From positions 43,028,001 through 43,092,000 of the forward strand of contig NC_043006.1 of the NCBI RefSeq assembly GCF_006345805.1: a stretch of DNA of 64,000 nucleotides, written 5' to 3'. Source of the DNA: Octopus sinensis (lineage: Eukaryota). The position numbers were made by a program, and so were the translations under genes. This document shows positions 25,255-37,625 of this stretch, in pieces (position 1 is the stretch's first letter; each line of letters starts with the position of its first letter). The notes beneath the pieces were generated by a model. It saw nothing but the letters and a program-made list of their open reading frames with translations, did not search any database and was not told the origin of the DNA.

Positions 25255-25285
<31 letters not shown>

Positions 25286-25293
25286 TGCATGCA

Positions 25294-25490
25294 CAAGGGG
25301 TGCTGAAAAGTTCCTGACCAAAAGAGTCTCGCAAAAGGCCTGGCTGGTGGCCCAACCATCCAAGTTCTTTTACAGAGCTTAAAAAATAGTGTGTGAATCT
25401 GAGAGGGGAATATGTTGGATAAAATCATAATTAACTGATTCTCCTGTATTTTCTTTTACCCAAAGCCGCAAACTTTTCGGCACAACCTCA
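25294..25490 (+). mobile_element. Mariner-derived MITE
   Basis: Imperfect TIRs CAAGGGGTGCTGAAAAGTTC / rc TGAGGTTGTGCCGAAAAGTTT; right TA; transposase C-terminal trace. Confidence 0.65.
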
Positions 25491-25499
25491 TATATATTA

Positions 25500-25750
25500 T
25501 ATGTGCCATTGCCACATGAAAAGCCCTACATCAGTGCAACATATAAAGCACTGGTGCTAATGCCATGTAAAAAAGCATTCAGTACTCTCTGTAAAGTGTT
25601 TGATGCTAGGAAGGGCATCCAGGTGTAGAAACCATCCCAAAACAGACAGCTGGAGCCTGGTGCAAGCTTCTTGGCTGGCCAGCTTCTGTCAAAGCCTCCA
25701 ACCTATGCCAGCATGAAAAATGGACGTTAGATGATGATGATGATATTGAT
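25500..25750 (+). mobile_element. SINE-like family C variant
   Basis: AGGAAGGGCATCCAG...GGACGTTAGATGATG. Confidence 0.7.
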
Positions 25751-26276
25751 GATGTAAGAATGCATGTCTTGATGCTAATCTGATGAAGTACCACTCCTAT
25801 ATAATATATAATCAACCATACATATTGTCTAACTTTTCACGTGGAATTATTACATGCAATGGCTTTAATAATGAAGTGGCACCAGAACAGTTGAGATTAA
25901 TAATAAAGATGTGGCGAATTTGTTCTTCATTTTCTTACTCGTATTATATCTATATTGTATAAAAACACACATACACACTCACCCACACACACACATATAC
26001 TTATATGTAACATCATCATCATCCTCATCGTTGTTTAACATCCGCTAATAACACACACACTCACACACGCACGCACATGTATGTAGGCATGTATTTATAC
26101 CATACACACACACACACATCAAATATGAATTACTGCATATAGCCTCCTCATTCAGTTCAGCTAGTATGGGAAATAAAGTATTAAAGCTTTTCAATTCTAG
26201 AAATTCATCTACGAGCAATCATGTGTGCGTATGTGTGCATGCACGTGTGAGTGTGTGTGTGTGTGTGTGTACATAC

Positions 26277-26781
26277 GCATGTATAGAACAATTGGATTGT
26301 GTCCAAATTTGGTAATGAGCTCAACACTAAAAGAAGGCCAGAGATGTAAGTAATAATCTTGACGATTGGCCTTCAGTATATTCCACAGGATCAACACGAT
26401 TTCTTGTTCTCTTCTAAATGCCATCCTCTTATTAATTAATATTCCTAATGGTGCAATATTACTCATAATTCCCATGCCTTGCATGCATTCTAATTCTTGA
26501 CTTCCAATTTGTCTTGCTACTGTACATGCTGGCTCTAAAAGCTCCAAATCAAAAGTTCCAGGCATTTTACTGCGAGGAAAATGCTTAGAAACCTCATACA
26601 TTAAATTTCATACATTAAACTTCATGCTGTCAGAGTAACTGCAAATAGCAAATGTGTCTACCTGCAAAATGTCCTTTTGTTCATTGTTGATGTTATTATG
26701 ACATTTGATAACCTTTAACAGCTTGGGAACTTTGGTATAGCTTGTGGCAGTAGTTTTAATAAATGAAAATGTGTTTGAGAG
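26277..26781 (-). CDS. Two candidate in-phase coding exons (26781-26662 and 26583-26277), product unknown
   Basis: TACTAAT branch point + TAG acceptor, CAG|GTAGAC donor, 78 nt intron, AAG acceptor, C|GTATGT donor; 142 open codons in non-repetitive DNA; no recognised homology. Confidence 0.3.
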
Positions 26782-26993
26782 CTATTACAATTAGTAATTG
26801 ACCAAAGCCAGCACAGTGAAGCACCTCACTTAAATTCTACTTTTCAGAAAGATTGCCACTGACTGAATTATTTTGATTCCTCTTCCTGCAACCACTCTCT
26901 TAGATTTCTGACTATTTTGAGATTATATAATTGATACTGCCAAAAGCCTTTTTGAAATAATAGAAAAATATATATGTGTGTGGAAAAAATATA

Positions 26994-27245
26994 TTGGGTT
27001 GGTGCATAATTATTGCAGCTTTTTATCAATAAATTTAATTCAACAAAAATAATAACAATATTTAACAAAAACATTTGTAAATGATGGTCTGACTGACTTG
27101 CCAAGTAAATGGGTAGCAGTAATTGAAGTAGATGGTGAATATGCTCCAGAATAATCATTTAAAGATGTTTTTGTTACATGTTGTTATTGTTTTTGTTGAA
27201 TAAAATTTGTTGAAAAAAAGCCGCAATAATTATGCACCAACACAA
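26994..27245 (+). mobile_element. Mariner fold-back MITE (two 3' ends)
   Basis: TA TSDs, ~90 bp inverted arms starting TTGGGTTGGTGCATAATTATTGC, spacer encodes LPSKWVAVIEVDGEY. Confidence 0.85.
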
Positions 27246-27247
27246 TA

Positions 27248-27636
27248 GAAAGAAGTGAAAGGCAGCGAGCTGGCAGAAACGTTAGCATGCCGGGTGAAAT
27301 GCTTAGCAGTATTTCATCTGTCATTACATTCTGAGTTCGAATTCCGCCGAGGTCGACTTTGCCTTTCATCTTTTGGGGTCGATAAATTAAGTACCAGTTA
27401 TCCACTAGGGTCGATGTAATCGACTTAATCCCTTTGTCTGCCCTTGTTTGTCCCCTGTATGTTTAGCCTCTTGTGGGCAGTAAAGAAATAAGAAAGAAGT
27501 GAAATGAGTACAGGGAACTTGCCATGAGAAGTAGAATACCCAACATTTTGGATGCAATCCTTCGTCAGGATTGGTTCTGAAACACTGGATATTCTACTCC
27601 CCATGGCAAGTTTACTGTATCCATTTCACTTCTTTC
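27248..27636. mobile_element. ~145 bp hairpin MITE with a family B SINE (27261-27490) inserted at its end
   Basis: Arms 27492-27555/27575-27636; TA flanks; 14 bp SINE TSD AGAAAGAAGTGAAA. Confidence 0.75.
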
Positions 27637-28324
27637 TATGATTTTTTTCAAGTCTTGCTGAAGCAGAGCTACACAAAATTCCTTGTAGTTTGCCTGATTA
27701 TATATTTGTGGACTGATTTTTACTTCCCTTATCTGGAAATACATACATACATACATATCCATGTCACAAGTTCAGGCTTAGAGTTGTAATTATTATGGCC
27801 CTGGGATATGTAACACACTGCCTAAATACCAATCTTGGGAAATTAAGCTTCTCAAAACCAGAAAGGAGAAAGCTGATTTGAAGACTAAAGATTCAAGCTA
27901 TCATTGGAACTATAAAAATCTGTAAAACTTTCCAGAAGTTAATCATTTAAGTATATAGGAGCATGTCTAGACATGCAACTATATGCATGAGAATGCATAC
28001 ATAATACAAAACATACAAATCTGCAAACACACATACATAATTACATAGATATATACATAAATACATACATACATGCATGCATACATACATACATACATAC
28101 ATACATACATACGTACATGAATTCATATATACATGCATACATACATATATACATGCATACATACATAAATACATGCATGCTTATATACATACATACATAC
28201 ATACATACATACATACATAGAAAATACCATGTTGATGTTGTTGAACTTCCAATGAGGTAGCCTTGGATCTGGGTTAGAAACCAACTCTTTCTCTATTGGC
28301 AAGAAATCTTAAATCTGAACAATG

Positions 28325-28742
28325 ACATATTCTCTTTACTCTTTTACTTGTTTCAGTCATTTGACAGCAGCCATGCTGGAGCACCGCCTTTTAATCAAGC
28401 AAATCGACCCCGGGACTTATTCTTTTGTAAGCCCAGTACTTATTCTATCGGTCTCTTTTGCCGAACCGCTAAGTAACGGGGACATAAACACACCAGCATC
28501 GGTTGTCAAGCAATGCTAGGGGGACAAACACAGACACACAAACACACGCACGCATATATATATGTACATATATACGACGGGCTTCTTTCAGTTTCCGTCT
28601 ACCAAATCCACTCACAAGGCTCTGGTCGGCCCGAGGCTATAGTAGAAGACACTTGCCCAAGGTGTCACGCAGTGGGACTGAACCCGGAACCATGTGGCTG
28701 GTAAACAAGCTACTTACCACACAGCCACTCCTGTGCCTATAG
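28325..28742 (-). mobile_element. SINE family A, full length
   Basis: Complete head, microsatellite and tail. Confidence 0.9.
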
Positions 28743-30434
28743 ATGCATATGTTTAACAACTTGAGAAGCTGCATTAATATCCAGTTATATTGTGCCTCAT
28801 TAATATGAGACACCATCTACCTTAACGGAAGCGGTGCTGAATATTATTCCACAAGTTGTTTTCCTCTTATGAAATAATATGATTCCCTCTGGTAATTTGT
28901 TCCATGATCTTGCTATTTCAAATATGGGCCAGTAATGTTTACCATCTGCTCATCTCATATGTGTAGGACATGGCTTCTTTTAGGATTTCTTAGAATTTAT
29001 TATTTTATTACTTTTCTCAGACTCAGGTTATTATGAAGGTATCAAGCAAAGTGGTGAGTTAACAGAATTGTTAGCATGCCAGACAAAATACTTAACAACA
29101 TTTTGTCTGTCTTTACATCTTGAGATCAAATTCCACTGAGGTTGGCTTTGCTTTTCAGCCTTTCAGCCTTTCAGAGTTGATAAAAAAAGTACCAATTGAG
29201 CACAAGGTCAATATAATCGACCTTCCTTCTCCCATGTGCCTGCTGGCCAAGTGCCAAAATTTGAAACCATTGTTAATGTATCATGTGACACCAGTTTCTT
29301 AGAGTTAAGTGAATGAGAAACTTAAAAAAAAGAAAGCAACTCTTTAAAAGAGCTCAGTAGTGCATGCTAGCAAAACATTTGATTTAACACTTGTTCTTGT
29401 CCTACAGCCTGCAGATGAAAATTAAACTGTCTAGTAATATTTACCGAGGTAAACATCTTAGCCAAGGACACAGCATGGTTATAACGACAGAGTACAAAAC
29501 TGCTGAACTCGCAGAAAGCTATCTGAAATCCTACCAACCACGACATCTACAATTCTCATTTTTACATGTGGACACCATTTCTTGCTAAATTTAGCTGCTC
29601 TCTAGGCATATGATATTTTCCCTATTCACTTTTTGTGTTTCCTTGCAATGCTGTCATAAACTAAATGCATATATGCTTCATATAATCTGCTTTGCAAAAA
29701 TTGAGAGAAATGGTTTTGTCGAAGGTTAAATTTTAGTGTTTACATGATTTTCATTGTTTCTTGAATCTTCTTCAGTTGTACTTATAGTCTGTATTTGTCA
29801 TGTAAATGTAATTTATATTACAATAACAGATACCATAGTTACAGCTTAAAGAAGAATGGAAATCTTGTGGAAATCTTTTCCTTTTTTTTTTCTCTCGCAG
29901 CTGTAACATCTATTTTTTTCTTCCATCTCAGCATTCTGAATGCTACATTGCATATAAAAAATTTTCTTGTCAATTTTGAATGGGAATCAAATTATTTTAC
30001 ATATATGTATAACAGAAGAAAAAAAAACATTTTTCACATAATAATTTATTACAAAGTTTGACAAAATACATTTGTTTTCTCAATCTGTACTGATATTAAA
30101 TTTGGATATAATTCTAGTTGGATTCTAGATATCCCCAAATTATTCTTAAATAAATAAAATCTATTGCAAAATATGCTGTGTTTAAAAGAAAATTGGTGCA
30201 GATTAATACATGTTTACTGAGAGATTTAGAAATGTAAGATTTGCTTTACCTGTTTATGCGTTTTTTTTTCTTTTTATTTCCTTTTTTGTCATGAAAATTT
30301 TCTTCACTGATTAGCTACAGAAAATACTCTGAAAATTAAACTAACAATTTATCAAGATTATTTTTAACAAAAGTTAATTGCAATTTCTTACATAGCTAGA
30401 AGGATCCATATTTACAGGGGAGACAAAGTGAGTT

Positions 30435-30790
30435 CATCATCATCATCATCATCATCATTTAACGTCCGTTTTCCATGCTAGCATGGGTTGGACAGTTCGA
30501 CCGGGGTCTAGCAAACCAGATGGTTGCACCAGGCTCCAGTCTGATCTGGCAATGTTTCTATAGCTTGATGCCCTTCCTAACGCCAACCACTCCATGAGTG
30601 TAGTGGGTGCTTTTTACATGCCACCAGCACAGGGGCCAGAGGAGGCTGGCAAATGGCCACGATCAGTTGGTGCTTTTACGTGTCACCGACACGGACGCCA
30701 GTCAGGTGGCGCTGGCATCGGCCATGCTCAGACAGTGCTTTTTATGTGTCACCGGCACAGATATCTTAACTACAATTTCTGCAGTTCTAA
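30435..30790 (-). mobile_element. SINE-like family C
   Basis: (CAT)n, body and three modules. Confidence 0.8.
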
Positions 30791-31217
30791 TGACATTAAT
30801 AACACAAAAGAGAAGTGGTTGTAATTTCTGTTGGTTGAAAACACATATTTTTTTTTAGTGTTTGCAAGAAATTAAGAAAAAGAAAATTAAATTAATGTTT
30901 TGTTTAGTTTAAGGCATGATGGGGAAAATGCGTAGTGGCATTTTATCCATATTTATTTTCTGAATTGAAATTCCACCAAGGTCAACTTTGTCTGTCATTC
31001 TTTCAAGGTCAATAAAACATACAGCAGCTGAGTACTGAGGTTGATGTAATCAACTAGCCATATTCTCCAGATTCTCTGACCTTGTGCCAACATTTCAAAC
31101 AAAGAAAATTATTAAAAACTGTTTGTAAAAACATTTAAAAACATTTTAAATGGTACTGCTTAAGAGTGGGGCTCAATGCAGCCATTTCATTATCATTTAT
31201 TTTATATATTTTATACA

Positions 31218-31640
31218 TAGGTGTAGGAGTGGCTGTGTGGTAAGTAGCTTGCTTATGAACCACTTGGTTCTGGGTTCAGTCCCACTGCATGGCACCTTGG
31301 GCAAGTGTCTTCTACTATAGCCTCAGGCCAACCAAAGACTTGTGACTGGATTTGGTAGACGGAAACTGAAAGAAGCCCATTGTATATATGTATATATGTA
31401 TATATGTGTGTATATGCATGTATGCATGTGTGTATATATGTTTGTGTGTCTGTGTTTGTCCCCCCAACATCACTTGACAACCGATGCTGGTGTTTTTATA
31501 TCCCCATAACTTAGCAGTTCGGCAAAAGAGACCAATAGAATAAGTACTAGGCTTACAAAGAATAAGTCCTGGAGTCGATTTGCTCAACTAAAGGCAGTGC
31601 TCCAGCATGGCTGCAGTCAAATGACTGAAACAAGTAAAAG
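31218..31640 (+). mobile_element. SINE family A, full length
   Basis: Complete head, microsatellite and tail GACTGAAACAAGTAAAAGAGTA. Confidence 0.9.
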
Positions 31641-32221
31641 AGTAAGTATTTATTCTGTTGGCCTCTTTTGCCAAACTGCTAGGTTACAAAGATGTAAACA
31701 AACCAGCACCAGTTGTCAAATGGTTTGGGAGGCAGAAAGACAAATACAAAAGTACATACACACACACATACACATATATGCATACACATGATGGGCTTCA
31801 ACACAGTTTCTGTCAACCATATTCACTCATGTTGCATAGACTGTAGTAGAAGACACATGTCCAAACTGCTATTCAGTGAGACTGAAGCTATTTATGTCAT
31901 CTCTTTGTGCTCTAATTGCACTGAGGTCTACTTTCACTTTCATTTTCTGAGTGTTCAATGATATAATGTCAAACTTGTATGTGAGTTGAGGTGAATCCAC
32001 TAAAACCTTCCTCACCAAATCAATAAGAACAGTTTTGTATTGAACATTTTGAAAACAAAACGTTTTAAAAAATTACTTTTAAAATAAGCAACATATTTTG
32101 AATTTTAGGAGACAGAAGAATCAATAGTGAACTTATAGTTAGTTTTAAATCTATTAATAATATGAAGGATGTGTGAGTCAAGTAAAGATGGCATAAGGCC
32201 AGCCAATTGTGAGAAGCAGTG

Positions 32222-33024
32222 CTGAGTGTAGTTGCAGCAGAAATGTCAGAGAAATGAAGAGATGGCATGTCTGTGTAGGTCAAGGTATGGGGTGTGTTGG
32301 GGAGCAACACTTGTGCTAACAAACCGAAGTGGATATTTTCTGGGGATGGCATCTCTGTATGCATAAAAGCAGCACCGTCTTAGGCCATCATTATCACTGT
32401 CGTCATCGCTATCACCATCATCATCATTGTCATCATTTTTTATGCCCACTTTTTCATGTACACAGGGGTCAGACAGAATTTGTTGAGCTGGATTTTTTTT
32501 TATGGCTGGATGCCCTCCCTGTCACCAACCCTCACCAGTTTCCAACTGAGTGTAGTAGCAGCAGAAATGTCAGAGAAATGAAGAGATGGCATGTCTGTGT
32601 AGGTCAAGGTATGGGTTTGTTAGGGAGCAACACTTGTGCTAACGAAACGAAGTGGATATTTGTGGGGCGATGGCATTTATGGTATCTGCATGCATAAAAA
32701 CAGCACCGTCTCAGACCATCATCGTCACCATCGTCGTTGTCATCATCATCATCATCATCATTGTATTCATCATCATCATTGTCATCATCATCATCATCGT
32801 CGTTATCAACATCATTGTCATCATCATCATCGTTGTCATCATCATTATCATCATTGTCGTTGTCATCATCATCATCACCATCGTCATCATTGTCATCATC
32901 ACAATCGTCGTCATCATCATTATCATCCACTTTACCATGTGCACAGGGGTCAGACAGAACTTGTTGAACTGGATTTTTTAATGGCTGGATGTCCTCCTTG
33001 TCACCAACCCTCACCTGTTTCCAA
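32222..33024. repeat. Tandem duplication (324 bp + 479 bp units) differing by a (CAT)n expansion
   Basis: CTGAGTGTAG(T)...GCAGCAGAAATGTCAGAGAAATG starts at 32222 and at 32546. Confidence 0.9.
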
Positions 33025-33399
33025 GTAAGGTAAATATTTCCCCATGACTAGACATGTTTTCATGGAAGATTGGAAACAAAGGACACTGCTTGCATGTTGG
33101 TAGCATTCATTCACTACCACCATGCAGTGTCAAAGTAAGGAGACAACAACACACACTCATACACATATTCTTTTATCCTTTTACTTGTTTCACTCATTTA
33201 ACTGCGGCCATGGTGGAGCACTGATTTAAAGGGCTTTTTTAGTTGCAGAAATTGACTCCAGGACTTAGCTCTTTCTTAGCCTAGTTCTTATTCTATCAAA
33301 TTTTTTTGGCAAACCACTAAGGGACATAAGCCCACCAACATCGGTTGTCAAGCGATGGTGTGAGGGGACAAACACTAAAACACACACACATAAATATAT

Positions 33400-33452
<53 letters not shown>

Positions 33453-33470
33453 CATATATATATATATAAT

Positions 33471-34602
33471 TCCAAACTTACAGGGAAAAATTCAATTTAG
33501 CAATTCAAAATCAAATTTCACAATATATAATATATGTATATAATTAAGAGAAATTACCTCTATTAAGTAATTCAATAGTGAAAGACCTTATCTATATAGA
33601 AAAATTAAAATATACTATAATAAATATTAATTTTAAAAATCACTAAATTAAATAAACATTAAATTGACTATACGCGTTTCGTGACTATGTCTTTAAATTG
33701 ATAATAATAAAATCGATACAATTAAAATTTATTCAATTTGAAATTAATTCGATTTAAAAATATAGCCACTCTTCAGGTCTAAAATAATAATAAAATAGAT
33801 GCACGTATCTTAACATATAATAAATAAATATAGAAAAATACATATCTTAACCGTAAATACTCGGATAACATATAACAATATTATTGAAAAATAAAATCAT
33901 AACTTATCTTATTGAGGAATTCCAGTTAACTGAAATTTTAAACGTTATACTTAGAACCTAGCGTTGCTAAGAAATTTATCACGTGAAAACATGACGTAAA
34001 TAATAACAATAGAATAAATAGATAGAAAAATGTATTATAGTTATGAAAATAAGAGATAAACTAGATGTAATACAGCATTTACTGGAAAAATTCCAAAATC
34101 TCAATAATTTAAAACTAAAATATGTAAAATACATAAAATAAACTAAATTTCGATAACTTAATCTATATTCATCAATTTATTTATTTAATTTATAAACACC
34201 TTGCTTTAATCTTATTCCAATTATGTAATGTACACTACGTAATCTACTGCTAATTTATACTCATTATACTACTAGAAATTATAACTACAAAAATTAGTAA
34301 CATAAATCAGGGTTTAAATATATACACAAATTAGCTAAGCTTATTATATAAGTAATTTCAAGTATGTATGCATTTAATTTTTTGCTCATCTTGGGAATTA
34401 ATCAATTTTTTATTATTAGTTAATAATATCTCCATAAATTCATTTCTACACAGGAAACAAAAATTATTACCTATTCGATAAGATTTAGCTTTACAAACTA
34501 TCTCCCAATTTAAATTATACTTAATTCCTTTAGATTTCAATTCCCATATATATTTGCTAAGGCCAGTAGAATCAATCAATGTTTTATTCTTAAATGAATG
34601 CA
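33471..34602 (-). mobile_element. Penelope-like element 3' end (GIY-YIG C-terminus plus AT-rich terminal region)
   Basis: HSFKNK...STGLSKYIWELKSKGIKYNLNWEIVCKAKSY...CFLCRNE...LINSQDEQKIKCIH* matches the PLE GIY-YIG tail; hammerhead motif downstream on the same strand. Confidence 0.85.
33664..33785 (-). ncRNA. Minimal type-I hammerhead ribozyme motif (canonical core)
   Basis: GAC-CTGAAGA-GTGGCTAT...ATAGTCAC-GAAA-CGCGTA-TA-GTC; 8 bp stem II, palindromic ACGCGT stem III. Confidence 0.7.
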
Positions 34603-35312
34603 TGTTTACCAAAATTATATAAAAATATCTTGAAATACTAAAGAGTAAATCTATTCAACAAAATCGCCACTGGCTTCAACTATGGCCTCCAGTCGCCTTC
34701 AGAATCTCCTGCAAATCTTCTAGACAATCTCCTTGTTTAAGTTGTTGAATGCAGCCATAATCCTTGCCTTCAGTTCATCTTTGGTGTTACAAAGAGTTTT
34801 ATTGATCTTTCACTCAATTGTGCCCCACACATAATAATCAAGGGGGTTGCAGTCTGGGGAGTCAGATGTTAGGGGTGATGTGGTTGTAGAAGTTGTCTAA
34901 CAGCCATAACTATGTTCTCCTGCTGGTGTGATATGGTGCAGAGTCCTATTGTATAGGGTCTTCCAGCAGCCATCTTCACCCAGGGCAGCACTTCCTCCTC
35001 CAGGCACTTGATGTAGGCCTCTGTGTTGAGGCTGAGGCCATGTGGGAAGATTAATGGAGGCATAACATTGCCATCACTAGTGATCACTTCGAACACCATG
35101 ATGTTGACTGGATGTTTGATCTTAATCACTCTCGGTACATGTCCTCAAATTGCACTGTCCTCAGATTGACAACCCAAACACTCTGCCATGTTCGTATTGG
35201 GGCTTCCAGCATGAACACCAAGCAGTGCAACATGTCATTTCCAAATTCCTGATAGAGTGAATTGTGTCATGGTACTGTTTTTCTCACAGACAGTGCCCAA
35301 CTGACCCTACTA
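34602..35312 (-). mobile_element. maT-type deletion derivative, right end lost
   Basis: IKIKHPVNIMVFEVITSDGNVMPP...SPDCNPLDYYVWG; same internal deletion as 46472-47256. Confidence 0.8.
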
Positions 35313-35422
35313 TGGTGTGAAGTCAACAAAATCAAAAACAAACAATGTACATGCACGAAATAAAAAATATAAAATGGCGGCAATTTACCATTGTGTGAAT
35401 GTGTGTATTTGCGTCTCCACAC

Positions 35423-35504
<82 letters not shown>

Positions 35505-35506
<2 letters not shown>

Positions 35507-35801
35507 AGGCGCAATGGCCCAGTGGTTAGGGGAGCGGACTCACGGTTGTAGGATCCAGGTTTCGATTCCCAGACCGGGCGTTGTTAGTGTTTATTGAGCG
35601 AAAACGCCTAAAGCTCCACGCGGCTCCGGCAGGGGGTGTTGGCGATCCCTGCTGTACTCTTTCGCCACAACTTTCTCTCACTGTTTCATCTGTTGGCCTG
35701 CTCGCTTAGCCAGCGGGGTAGCGTCATTTGGAGGCTAAAACAATGCGAAGCGCATTGTGACTGGCGATGTGTAGCAACATCTGATAGCCTGGTCGGTCAC
35801 G

Positions 35802-35805
<4 letters not shown>
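35505..35805 (+). mobile_element. tRNA-derived SINE family E
   Basis: GGCGCAATGGCCCAGTGG...GGTTTCGATTCCC head; tail also at 20645-20770. Confidence 0.8.
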
Positions 35806-35867
<62 letters not shown>

Positions 35868-36022
35868 AAATAGAAAGATGAATTTTCTTGTAACAGATTA
35901 TTCAAAGGTTTAACCGATACCTGGGTAGCAAAAATCACAGCGGAAAACAGCACCGTTGGAGATAAGACCATTTGGTGTTGCAACCGTGCGTTGGAGCGGA
36001 TAATTGAAGTTTAATATTATTA

Positions 36023-36923
36023 GTGAATGGAATAAATGGAGTTGAACGAAGATTGTACAGAATACCTTTTATTACATTCTACACATGTTTCGAAGGCCAC
36101 AAATTTCCACATACTGTTCGCCAGAGACCGGTTGGTAAATGGTCTTTTACAGTCGGCCTTTCGATATCCCCATTGGAGGCGTCATACATATCTTACATAT
36201 AAATGATACCTAAGACAATTAACACCTAGTTACCCTACTAAAATGAAAATAATCTTTGGAAATAATTTTTGAAAAAGCTTTTTAAGAAATCTATGAATAA
36301 CCCTTGCAAGGGTAAATTACTCCCATTAGGCGTGGAACTATATATGCCATTAGGATTCTTTAACGATGTTAAATTTTGACAAGCAGGCCGAGTCGAACAC
36401 ACGAACACAAAAAATTCTTTCAGCCGCTTGACTGGTTTTTTCAGCAGTGGTCATTTTGTAGCCCCCCTCGCCAGCACACGACCACGCACACATAGGCCAT
36501 CACACACATACATGCTTATAGGAGGCTTTTGTCTCGCCCCCAAAAATACACCCAGTATTCTTAAATTTTTCAGAACATTAGTGTTGGTCACACAGAGCAT
36601 CCCCACACCCCTTGCTTCCACCGACTAGATCTGACCGCCGCCTGACCTGTAGATATCTTCAACGCACCAAATCCCCGATTTCAACGTACATTGATAAACA
36701 GTTCAGCCATGGGCTCCTAAGGAGCATCTTCGTTCGAATTGCTGTGCCTCTGTTTTGTTTTGTCCTGTCAACGGAATTCCTGTTTTTTTTTCCTGAAGAG
36801 AAAGCTGCAATATGGTACCCTTATTTAAACAGAATTTGGAAATTTGTGGCCTTCGAAACATGTGTAGAATGTAATAAAAGGTATTCTGTACAATCTTCGT
36901 TCAACTCCATTTATTCCATTCAC
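36023..36923 (+). mobile_element. 901 bp element with ~96 bp inverted ends and an internal hammerhead motif
   Basis: 36023-36118 is the reverse complement of 36828-36923 with about 2 mismatches; TA flanks. Confidence 0.8.
36790..36870 (+). ncRNA. Type-I hammerhead ribozyme motif (canonical core, GUA site)
   Basis: TTC-CTGAAGA-GAAAGCTGCAA...TTGTGGCCTTC-GAAA-CATGTGTA|GAA; stem II 10/11 pairs; predicted cut 36866/36867. Confidence 0.65.
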
Positions 36924-36939
36924 TATATATATATATATA

Positions 36940-37625
36940 CAGGGTCAGGCAAAATTATCTGACACATTTGTAGGTTAAATAAAAGGCAAATGAAGTAAAG
37001 AAACAAGAAAGTGTTTTTATTTTTGAAAAGTACATATAATGCCATTTTGTTTCATTATGTTTTAAAAATTCAATCAGTAAAATGGGATCCATTATTGTCC
37101 ACACACTGTCGAAGGCGTTCACGAAAGTTGTCAATAACTCGGCGGGTCATTTCATGTGGAATGGCAGTAATTTCTTGACGAATTGCATCTTTAAGTTGTT
37201 CAATAGATCGAGGGCGATTAATGTATACCTTTGACTTGAGGTATCCCCAGAGAAAAAAATCGCACGGATTTAAATCAGGTGAACGGGCGGGCCAACCGAT
37301 GTCACCACGCAATGAGATCAAATGAACAGGGAACATATTCCTCAAATCCCCATCGCACGATCTATTGAACAACTTAAAGATGCAATTCGTCAAGAAATTA
37401 CCGCCATTCCACATGAAATGATCCGCCGAGTTATTGACAACTTTCGTGAACGCCTTCGACAGTGTGTGGACAATAATGGATCCCATTTGACTGATTTAAT
37501 TTTTAAAACATAATGAAACAAAATGGCATTATATGTACTTTTCAAAAATAAAAACACTTTCTTGTTTCTTTACTTCATTTGCCTTATATTTAACCTACAA
37601 ATGTGTCAGATCATTTTGCCTGACC

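Noticed and set aside
26400-26570. Faint resemblance of ECMQGMGIM to acyl-CoA dehydrogenase
   Set aside because: Spacing and flanking conserved residues do not fit; treated as chance.
27565-27762. Protein-like ORF (…IYNQANYKEFCVALLQQDLKKIIERSEMD…)
   Set aside because: Its 3' half is one arm of a hairpin MITE and its start is microsatellite; the remainder is too short to call.
29300-29800. Long decayed minus-strand reading frame
   Set aside because: About 7 stops in ~150 codons is close to random expectation for this base composition.
35505-35580. tRNA gene (also SINE heads at 17000, 31218, 51630 and 63156)
   Set aside because: A/B boxes are present but there is no acceptor stem, and each continues into a SINE body.
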